A stretch of DNA of 64,000 bases from an uncultured bacterium (GTDB lineage Bacteria; Electryoneota; B3-LCP): contig CAZUTK010000007.1 in NCBI GenBank assembly GCA_964623265.1, forward strand, positions 168 to 64,167, written 5' to 3'. Position 1 is the first letter of the stretch, and each line of letters opens with the position of its first letter. The notes under the pieces were generated by a model. That model was not told where the DNA came from and made no database searches. It saw only the letters and a list, made by a program, of their open reading frames with translations. Below are positions 57,157 to 64,000 of the stretch, in pieces. The translations under genes were made by a program, and so were the position numbers.

Positions 57157-57822
57157 ATGAAGCGAATTTTCCCCATTCTCGGGCTGGCGGTCTTGTTTTC
57201 CGCCGCCTTGATCACGCTGGCGATCACCGGTGAAACGGACGTTTCCAAGGATCCCGTCTGCGGTATGGAAGTCAATCCGGTGGAAACCGCGTTCCATCTC
57301 GACACGGAGAAAGGAACGGTTTACTTCTGCAGTCAGTACTGTTTGGAAAAATTTCAGGCAAATCCCGCCGCTTATATAGCGCCTGCTGTTGATGCGAAGA
57401 AAGCGGAGAAGACGTCCGCAGCGGAAGGATGCCGCGGTCATGAAGGGCATGCTGCATCCTCGGCTGAGAGGCATTCGCATTCCGCTGCCTCCGACTGCGA
57501 AGGAAAGTGCGGACAGACGAAAATTCAGGCGGTGAATGATTTCCACAAGAAGATGGCTCCTTTGGAAGAATGCCTGCAAAAAGGCGATTTCGACGTTTTG
57601 AAGTCCGCCGTTGCGGATCTCATTTCCGCCAAAGAAGCTATCTTGAAAGCGGAATGTCCTGCAGGGGTTCAAAAGGAAGCATTCGATGCGGCGAGAGCGG
57701 AATTCGGCGGCAAAGTAGATGCGCTCGCCGCAGCGGCTGAAACCGGTGACAAAGAGGCTCTCGCAAAGGCGTTCCAGGAAATGCACTCCGCCTATGCGGC
57801 TCTGGATGCCAGCGCGCGCTGA
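57157..57822 (+). CDS. Secreted YHS/TRASH-domain metal-binding protein with His/Cys-rich segment
   Basis: AAGAGGTG SD. Signal peptide. YHS motif DPVCGMEV ... YFCSQYCLEKFQANPAAY. CRGHEGH ... HSHSAASDCEGKCG metal-ligand-rich stretch. Ala/Glu-rich helical tail. Confidence 0.65.
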   Translation: MKRIFPILGLAVLFSAALITLAITGETDVSKDPVCGMEVNPVETAFHLDTEKGTVYFCSQYCLEKFQANPAAYIAPAVDAKKAEKTSAAEGCRGHEGHAASSAERHSHSAASDCEGKCGQTKIQAVNDFHKKMAPLEECLQKGDFDVLKSAVADLISAKEAILKAECPAGVQKEAFDAARAEFGGKVDALAAAAETGDKEALAKAFQEMHSAYAALDASAR

Positions 57823-57855
57823 TTTCTCTTTGTCGGCTATCATAATTTGTCTAAA

Positions 57856-57890
57856 TTAAGAGTTCCAGTTGCGGGACTCTTAATTTGTTT
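57856..57890 (+). terminator. Rho-independent terminator after YHS gene
   Basis: TTAAGAGT-12 nt-ACTCTTAA followed by TTTGTTT. It lies inside the ORF-track N-terminal extension of ychF, supporting the 57904 start. Confidence 0.55.
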
Positions 57891-57903
57891 ATCTGAATCG
57901 CTT

Positions 57904-58980
57904 ATGCTGCGCATAGGAATCATCGGTTTGCCGGGTAGCGGGAAGACATCTTTGTTTCGGGCGCTCACCGGCAGTAGTGCGGAAGGAAGTGCCGGAGGCA
58001 AGCGCGCAGTCCACATCGGACAGGCGAAAGTCGCCGATCCGCGTCTCGATGAGCTGCATCGAATCTTCAAGCCGCCGCGGAAGGTGAATGCAATAGTGGA
58101 GTATGTGGATGTCGCCGGCATCGCCGCCGGCGACGCCCGTAAGGCGGGCTTCGAAGGGCAATTCCTGGGAGATGTCCGCTCCTGCGAAGCGCTGCTGCAT
58201 GTGCTGCGCGATTTCCAAACGCCCGGTTCGCCTCCAGCGGATCCTCTGCGGGATTTTCGTTTCGCGCAGCAAGAATTCCTCCTGTCCGATCAGATGATCC
58301 TAGAGAAGCGCGAACAGAGGATATCCAAAGAAGTGCAGAAAAATCCTCGTCCGGAGCTGAAACAGGAAGCCGCATTGTTGCGGCGCTGCCTGGCGGCTCT
58401 GGAGAAGGAAATTCCGCTGCGCGAACTCGAAATCTCCCCTGCGGAAGACGAGATCCTGCGGCCCTACCAATTGTTGACTCGCAAGCCGCAATTAGTCGTG
58501 TTGAACATCGCCGAAGATCGGATTTCCGCGATAGAGGAAACAGCTGCCGCCTACGCCCGCGAGTGGTCGAGTCCTAACATCGAGTTCGCCTCAGCCTGTG
58601 CTTCTCTTGAGATGGAAATCGCGCAACTGGATGACCGATCCGCCGCGCAATTCATGCAAGATCTGGGAATCCCATCGTCCGCTCTCGACCGATTGATTCG
58701 CGCCTCTTATCATCTCCTCGGTTTAATCAGCTTTTTCACGATCGGCAGAGATGAATGTCGAGCCTGGACGATCCGCCGGGGAACAACCGCTCAAGAAGCC
58801 GCCGGCGCTGTGCACTCCGATATGGAACGCGGCTTCATCCGCGCTGAGGTGGTGAGTTATAATGATTTCATTCAGCGAGGAAACTACGCAGCCTGCCGGA
58901 CGGATGGTGTCCTCCGAATGGAAGGGCGGAATTATGAGGTGAAAGACGGCGACATCATCGAATTTCGATTCGCTATTTAG
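57904..58980 (+). CDS. ychF: Ribosome-binding ATPase YchF (Obg-family GTPase/ATPase with TGS domain)
   Basis: MLRIGIIGLPGSGKTSLFRALT P-loop. C-terminal TGS domain (RAWTIRRGTTAQEAAGAVHSDMERGFIRAEV). Confidence 0.8.
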   Translation: MLRIGIIGLPGSGKTSLFRALTGSSAEGSAGGKRAVHIGQAKVADPRLDELHRIFKPPRKVNAIVEYVDVAGIAAGDARKAGFEGQFLGDVRSCEALLHVLRDFQTPGSPPADPLRDFRFAQQEFLLSDQMILEKREQRISKEVQKNPRPELKQEAALLRRCLAALEKEIPLRELEISPAEDEILRPYQLLTRKPQLVVLNIAEDRISAIEETAAAYAREWSSPNIEFASACASLEMEIAQLDDRSAAQFMQDLGIPSSALDRLIRASYHLLGLISFFTIGRDECRAWTIRRGTTAQEAAGAVHSDMERGFIRAEVVSYNDFIQRGNYAACRTDGVLRMEGRNYEVKDGDIIEFRFAI

Positions 58981-58985
58981 CGGGG

Positions 58986-60467
58986 ATGCTTCCATTGACA
59001 ACGTCGTATAGATCAACACGGGATTCTGCTGCATCATCTCATCGCATTTCCGATGGTTATTCGGACCATCGCTGGAAGGCTTTCCTGCCCATCGCTCTGG
59101 TCTCCATCATCACCACGCTGGATTCCAGCGTGGTGAATGTCTCGTTGCCGGTCATTTCGCAGCAGTTGAAAGCAGGCATCGGCGTCGTCCAGTGGGTGGT
59201 CCTGGCGTATCTTCTGGCGGTGACTTCGCTGCTGATGATCTTCGGCCGTCTGGGGGACCTTGTGGGCAGGCGACGCATTTACCAAATCGGCATCGTCTTT
59301 TTCACGTTCTCCTCGGCACTGTGCGGTTTTTCGCAGAATGTAACGATGTTGATCTTCGGTCGGGCGTTGCAGGGGACCGGAGCAGCTCTGCTGGTGGCGG
59401 TCGGTCCCGCGTTGATCGGCGAAATTTTTCCTCCGCAACAGCGGGGTAAAGCGCTGGGTTTTTTGGGCACGACAGTCTCTATCGGCTTGTCCGTAGGACC
59501 TGCGGTCGGCGGTTTCATCACGGGTTGGCTGGGCTGGCGATATATCTTCTTTCTGAATTTGCCGTTGGGTGTCCTGGCGGTGCTTCTCATCCGAAGGCAT
59601 TTGCGCAGCGACGGCTATTCCTTGCAGACCCGTTTCGATTTCATCGGAGCGGCGACCATGGCGGGTGGATTGGTGTGTCTGATGCTGGCGCTCTCGCGCG
59701 GCAGCGATTGGGGCTGGTCTAGCCCCGTTATTTTCAATTTGCTGCTCGCTGCGCTGATATTCTTCACGCTGTTTTTCATCTCGCAAATCCGTTCGTCCCA
59801 TCCCATTCTGGATTTGAAACTCTTCAGAAATCCCATTTTCCGGAGCGCGACTTCATCCGGTTTTCTCGCTTTCGCCGCGCTCTTTTCACAAACCTTTCTT
59901 CTTCCCTTTTACCTGATTCAATTGCGCGGATTCCCGCCCGCTCACGCCGGACTCTTTCTGGTGTCCGTCCCTTCCGTGATGGCGGTCGTGGCGCCGTCTT
60001 CCGGGTCATTTTCCGACCGAGTCGGGACTCGGGGACTCTGCGTCACAGGCTTGTTTCTTCTCGGGATCGGCTTCATTCTCCTCAGTATGCTTACCGCCGC
60101 GACACCGCAGCTCGTCATCGTCTCCTTTTTGCTCGTCGTCGGTTTGGGTGTCGGGATGTTCAATCCACCCAACAACGCCGATCTATTGAGCTCGGTCCCG
60201 CGGGAACGTCTGGGCAATGCTTCCGGAATGATGGGCTTGACTCGCACTCTGGGAATGGTGACCGGAGTGGCTCTTTCCGGCGCCATTTTCCTGGGCGTCA
60301 GAAAGCTTTATTTAGGTGCGGCGGTGAACGCCTCAAGTGACGCCGCGTCGGCGGATTCCGCCGCCTTCCTGAGCGGATTGCACTGGGCGTTTCGAACAGC
60401 GGCGGTTCTCGCTTGGACGGGAATGATCACGGTTTGGGGCAGAGGGAAGTTCATAAGGCGGGAATAG
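58986..60467 (+). CDS. MFS transporter, DHA2 (EmrB/QacA-like) 14-TM drug:H+ antiporter family
   Basis: MFS motif A (GRLGDLVGRRR). 14 predicted TM. Motif C-like GPALIGEIFPP. Confidence 0.75.
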   Translation: MLPLTTSYRSTRDSAASSHRISDGYSDHRWKAFLPIALVSIITTLDSSVVNVSLPVISQQLKAGIGVVQWVVLAYLLAVTSLLMIFGRLGDLVGRRRIYQIGIVFFTFSSALCGFSQNVTMLIFGRALQGTGAALLVAVGPALIGEIFPPQQRGKALGFLGTTVSIGLSVGPAVGGFITGWLGWRYIFFLNLPLGVLAVLLIRRHLRSDGYSLQTRFDFIGAATMAGGLVCLMLALSRGSDWGWSSPVIFNLLLAALIFFTLFFISQIRSSHPILDLKLFRNPIFRSATSSGFLAFAALFSQTFLLPFYLIQLRGFPPAHAGLFLVSVPSVMAVVAPSSGSFSDRVGTRGLCVTGLFLLGIGFILLSMLTAATPQLVIVSFLLVVGLGVGMFNPPNNADLLSSVPRERLGNASGMMGLTRTLGMVTGVALSGAIFLGVRKLYLGAAVNASSDAASADSAAFLSGLHWAFRTAAVLAWTGMITVWGRGKFIRRE

Positions 60468-60636
60468 GGAACGCTGGAGGAAGCTGTTTTTAATGACTTC
60501 GAACCGGTCTTGCAAGGGCTCATATATCCCCCATTTTTTTCTTGCATTTTCGCTGGTTTTTCTCTATCTTTTTCTCGTAGAATGTCGGTTGTGTTTCCGC
60601 ACCGGCGTCATTTAGTTATGCGGTCATGGCGGCACT

Positions 60637-61857
60637 TTGAAACAAAAGAAACGACTCCTCACGATTATTATGGCGGGCGGACGAGGGGAACGGTTGTATC
60701 CTCTCACCAGAATTCGAGCTAAACCCGCTGTAAGTTTCGCCGGATCCTACCGGGTGATTGATTTCACACTCTCCAATTGCTTGAATTCCGGCATCAAGAA
60801 CATCTATCTGTTGACGCAATATAGTTCTATGACGCTGGATCGGCACATCCATCTGGCGTGGAATTTTTTCAACCGCGAACTGGGGGAGTTTCTGGATACC
60901 GTGCCGCCGCAGCATTTGATCGCCAATAAATGGTATGAAGGAACGGCGGATTCGGTCTATCAGAATATCCACTTGCTGGACGCTCACAGACCCGAGATGG
61001 TGTTGATCCTATCGGGCGATCATGTGTATAAGATGGATTACGGTCAGATGGTCGCATTTCACCTTGAAAAGAAAGCGCATCTGACTGTCGCCACCGTGGA
61101 TATGCCCATCGAACAATCTTCCCGCTTCGGCGTGCTGGAAATGGATTCCAAGAACCGACTCATCGGCTTCGAAGAGAAACCCGAACGGGGAAAACCGCAT
61201 CCGCAGGATCCCACGAAGATTCTGATCAATATGGGAGTCTATGTCTTCGATACCGCCACTCTGGTGCGGGCGTTGATCGAAGACTACAAGCGGGACAGCC
61301 GCCATGATTTCGGCGGCGACATCATCCCGATGATGATCCAGAAAGGGATGAAGGTTTACGGTTATGAGTTTGTGGATGAGAACCGGAAGGAATTCAAATA
61401 CTGGCGCGATATCGGAGATCTGGATTCCTTTTACGAAGCCAATATGGATCAGGTGCAGGTGACGCCGATTTTCAACCTTTACGATGAAGATTGGCCGATA
61501 CACACCTATCGGGAACCGGGACCGCCGGCCAAGACCGTTTTCGATTGGCCCGGCAGGCGAGGGATCGCCTTGAATTCGCTGCTTTCCACCGGGGTGATCA
61601 TCTCCGGTTCCCTGGTAGAACGATCCATCCTGTCGCCGCATGTGCATATACACAGCTACTCCCATATCTCGGATTCCATTCTGATGCCGCGGGTCGAGGT
61701 GGATGAAGGGTGCCGGATCCATCACGCCATCATTGACGAAAATGTCCAGATCCCCCGCGGAGTGGAAATTGGAGTGAATCCGGAACAGGATGCACGCCGT
61801 TTCACGATCTCCAAGAACGGCGTCGTGGTCGTGCCCAGCGGCTACGTTTTTGAATGA
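60637..61857 (+). CDS. glgC: Glucose-1-phosphate adenylyltransferase
   Basis: AGGRGERLYPLT ... RAKPAVSFAGSYRVIDFTLSNCLNSGI. C-terminal left-handed beta-helix. TTG start at 60637 (alternative ATG at 60670). Confidence 0.85.
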   Translation: MKQKKRLLTIIMAGGRGERLYPLTRIRAKPAVSFAGSYRVIDFTLSNCLNSGIKNIYLLTQYSSMTLDRHIHLAWNFFNRELGEFLDTVPPQHLIANKWYEGTADSVYQNIHLLDAHRPEMVLILSGDHVYKMDYGQMVAFHLEKKAHLTVATVDMPIEQSSRFGVLEMDSKNRLIGFEEKPERGKPHPQDPTKILINMGVYVFDTATLVRALIEDYKRDSRHDFGGDIIPMMIQKGMKVYGYEFVDENRKEFKYWRDIGDLDSFYEANMDQVQVTPIFNLYDEDWPIHTYREPGPPAKTVFDWPGRRGIALNSLLSTGVIISGSLVERSILSPHVHIHSYSHISDSILMPRVEVDEGCRIHHAIIDENVQIPRGVEIGVNPEQDARRFTISKNGVVVVPSGYVFE

Positions 61858-61930
61858 TTGAGATCTAAGTCTTAGGACGGGATCGGAATAACCGGAATGC
61901 GAAATTTTCCCTGAGAATTATTGCCACCGT

Positions 61931-62149
61931 ATGCGAGATCGCCTCAAATCCGTCAAATTTTCCCGCACCATCCGAAATATCAGCCTCTGTCTGAGTCTCG
62001 TGTTTTTCCTCGAATTTGTCATACTGTTAGCGGGTGGAATCCTGCGTGGAAGAGAGTTTTTAATGTCTTCTCTGATCTTTTTGTTTCTGGCTGTGGTGTT
62101 CGGCTTTCTGGCCAGATATTATCACGCCCGATTCAGAAACCGGGATTGA
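61931..62149 (+). CDS. Hypothetical small 2-TM membrane protein
   Basis: 72-aa ORF with two hydrophobic helices. No family assignment. Confidence 0.3.
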   Translation: MRDRLKSVKFSRTIRNISLCLSLVFFLEFVILLAGGILRGREFLMSSLIFLFLAVVFGFLARYYHARFRNRD

Positions 62150-62325
62150 CTACATCCTCCCACCCCAATTGATCTTTCCCCGATACGTCCCTTGAAACGG
62201 TTCAATGTATGTTCATGCTCTCATATAGCTCACGGTGATCTTTCCCTTGATCTTTGTGCCCCGTTTGCTTATATTGCAATCGTGATGAGATACATAAAAA
62301 AACCATCGCGCCGGAGACGGATTCG

Positions 62326-63312
62326 ATGAAAGATCAATGCCGGGTGGGGGTGATCGGCGTGGGGCATCTGGGGAGCATCCACGCTCGCCTGCTGCAGGAG
62401 ATTCGCATTGCGCGATTAGAAGGGATCTACGATGTAGATGCGCAGAAATGCCGGGCGCTCGCTTCAGAACTGAAGGTGTCCGCCTTCGAGACTTCGGATC
62501 AACTGTTTCGCAGCGTGGACGTCGCAGTCATCGCCGCCTCGACGCGAGCGCATTACGATCTGGCATTGCAGGCTATTTCTGCGGGCGTCCATCTTTTCAT
62601 CGAAAAGCCCTTAGCCGATACTCCGGATCGCGCCCGTGAAATTCAGCGCCGTAGTGCGAACGCCGGGTTGAAACTCGGCGTCGGACATATCGAACGATTC
62701 AATCGAGCAGTGCGTTCTCTGGAAGGAATCAAAGTGGATCCGCGCTTCATCGAAGCGCATCGTTTGGCGGCGTTCACTTTGCGGGGGGCGGATGTCGCCG
62801 TTATCCACGATTTGATGATCCATGACCTCGATTTGATTCTGCATTGGGTGAAATCGCCGGTGCAGCGGCTGGATGCTTCCGGCGTCGCCATTATTTCGGA
62901 CACGCCGGACATCGCCAACGCGCGGATCCGCTTCGAAAACGGCTGCGTGGCGAATGTCACTGCCAGCCGCATCTCCCGCAATAAAATGCGCAAGGTGCGC
63001 CTCTTTCAGCAGGATGCCTATATGAGCCTCGATTTTATCGAAGGGAAAGCGGAGATTTTCAAGCTTGCGGGAGACGACGACGAAGGAATTCCTGCAATGG
63101 AGCTCGGGCAGATCGAGAAAGCCAGTCAACCGCGCCGCATCCTGTATTTGCAGCCGGCGGCTCCGCAGGCGAATGCTCTGAAGTTGGAACTGGAGATGTT
63201 CCTGTCCGCAGTGATGAAAAACGGCGAGGTTCCTGTTTCCGGTGAAGACGGCGTGCGGGCATTGGAACTGGCGCAGGAAATCTACCGACAGATAGATCCC
63301 TTTGCGAAGTGA
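62326..63312 (+). CDS. Gfo/Idh/MocA-family NAD(P)-dependent oxidoreductase
   Basis: Start at ATG 62326 (GGAGACGG SD). N-terminal Rossmann motif RVGVIGVGHLGSIH. EKP motif FIEKPLA. Confidence 0.75.
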   Translation: MKDQCRVGVIGVGHLGSIHARLLQEIRIARLEGIYDVDAQKCRALASELKVSAFETSDQLFRSVDVAVIAASTRAHYDLALQAISAGVHLFIEKPLADTPDRAREIQRRSANAGLKLGVGHIERFNRAVRSLEGIKVDPRFIEAHRLAAFTLRGADVAVIHDLMIHDLDLILHWVKSPVQRLDASGVAIISDTPDIANARIRFENGCVANVTASRISRNKMRKVRLFQQDAYMSLDFIEGKAEIFKLAGDDDEGIPAMELGQIEKASQPRRILYLQPAAPQANALKLELEMFLSAVMKNGEVPVSGEDGVRALELAQEIYRQIDPFAK

Positions 63313-63344
63313 TCATTTCTGCATAAGATATAAAGCGCGGCGAA

Positions 63345-63920
63345 ATGGACTTGCGGAAATTCTTTTTTAAGCTCCGAAGTTATACTCCGATTCCTCTGTT
63401 GATCCTTTTAGTAGTGACCGGGGAACCGGAGTTGTCCGCATTTCTCTGGGGGATGGCGCTGTTGATCGCCGGCGAAGCGCTGCGTATGTGGGCGGTTGCG
63501 CATGCCGGCGGCGCGACGCGCACGCGTCACGTCGGAGCCCCTGCGCTGGTCACCTCAGGTCCTTTCGCGCATATGAGAAATCCATTGTACGTCGCCAACA
63601 CTTTAATCTACATCGGCATCGCTTGTCTGGCGGATGGACGACTGGCGTGGATTTTAGCGGCGCTGGCTTTTTCCGTCGTTCAGTATAGCTTGATTGTCTC
63701 TCTCGAAGAAGAGACTTTGCGCGGGCTTTTCGGCGTGGAATACCGCTTGTACAGCAAGCGGGTGCCGCGCTGGATTCCCAGGGTGCTCCCCTGGGAATGG
63801 TCTATTCCCCGTAAGCCGGATTGGAAGGATGCCTGGCGTAACGAGAAACATACCCGATTGAACCTCTTTCTCGCGATCCTGGTTTTCTCGGCTATTTGGG
63901 CGTACAGATCCTGGCAATGA
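63345..63920 (+). CDS. Isoprenylcysteine carboxyl methyltransferase / phospholipid N-methyltransferase family membrane protein
   Basis: 4-5 TM. GPFAHMRNPLY and EE-x-L-x4-FG-x-EY-x-Y-x3-VPRWIP motifs of the ICMT/PEMT family. Confidence 0.65.
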   Translation: MDLRKFFFKLRSYTPIPLLILLVVTGEPELSAFLWGMALLIAGEALRMWAVAHAGGATRTRHVGAPALVTSGPFAHMRNPLYVANTLIYIGIACLADGRLAWILAALAFSVVQYSLIVSLEEETLRGLFGVEYRLYSKRVPRWIPRVLPWEWSIPRKPDWKDAWRNEKHTRLNLFLAILVFSAIWAYRSWQ

Positions 63921-64000
63921 CCCCGGACAAGAAACAGATTCTCATCGTCGCCGGAGAAGCTTCAGGGGATTTGCATGCTTCCGGGTTGATCCGCGAATTC
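63917..64000 (+). CDS. lpxB: Lipid-A-disaccharide synthase, N-terminal fragment (runs off window)
   Basis: MTPDKKQILIVAGEASGDLHASGLIREF matches the LpxB N-terminus. ATGA overlap with the preceding gene. Confidence 0.65.
   Translation, partial: MTPDKKQILIVAGEASGDLHASGLIREF

Overview
This 64 kb window is a gene-dense, GC-rich (~58%) chromosomal segment from a diderm bacterium (LpxB, OMP beta-barrels, lipoproteins); I cannot assign a lineage from sequence alone. No rRNA, tRNA, CRISPR, transposase, integrase or phage genes are visible. Coding density is high and adjacent genes often overlap at their start/stop codons. GTG/TTG starts are frequent, and several ORF-track N-termini were shortened to internal ATGs that carry signal peptides or SD sequences. 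Contents in order:
1. <1-1124: a truncated secreted beta-helix protein.
2. 2052-2978: a receiver-GGDEF regulator.
3. 3214-5999: a FadL/PorV-like OMP, mutM, and a UPF0104 membrane protein.
4. 6020-9131: a three-gene corrinoid methyl-transfer operon (B12-binding protein, homocysteine-S-methyltransferase-domain protein, non-pyrrolysine MttB-superfamily methyltransferase).
5. 9138-17371: DUF1848, DUF92, an M1 peptidase, eno-ftsB-nadB.
6. 17523-19657: a stand-alone HisKA protein with its own terminator, an orphan sucD-like gene, mazG.
7. 19665-37714: a long co-directional minus-strand block. It holds a response regulator, a YbgC-like thioesterase and accA. It then holds a glycosylation locus (GT2::CoA-binding fusion, Dpm1-like polyprenyl-P-sugar synthase, RmlD-like reductase, GT2, a ~980-aa DUF2723/TMEM260-like membrane protein with C-terminal TPRs) with purE, a lipoprotein, a methyltransferase and an OMP interleaved. 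The block ends with a class IV aminotransferase, polA, and a glutaminyl-cyclase-propeller::transglutaminase fusion.
8. 37928-46283: a complete chemotaxis operon (cheA with two Hpt domains, cheW, cheR, cheB, cheD, an HDOD protein, an extra receiver, a CheC-like protein, cheY, cheX) with a clear terminator.
9. 46616-50577: selB, tdh, dapF.
10. 50616-57822: an envelope redox cluster. It contains two tandem periplasmic TlpA-like thioredoxin-fold genes, each with an in-frame TGA exactly at the first Cys of CxxC (UxxC), which I read as selenocysteine. A conserved GGAGAUUCC hairpin follows each UGA. Next comes a GltD-like NAD(P)H oxidoreductase fused to a NapH/MauN-type polyferredoxin membrane domain, then a YHS-domain metal-binding protein.
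11. 57904-64000: ychF, an MFS transporter, glgC, a Gfo/Idh/MocA oxidoreductase, an ICMT-like methyltransferase, and the start of lpxB.
The most interesting candidates are the selenoprotein/GltD::NapH redox module, the MttB-corrinoid-homocysteine-methyltransferase operon, and the DUF2723 + Dpm1-like glycosylation locus.
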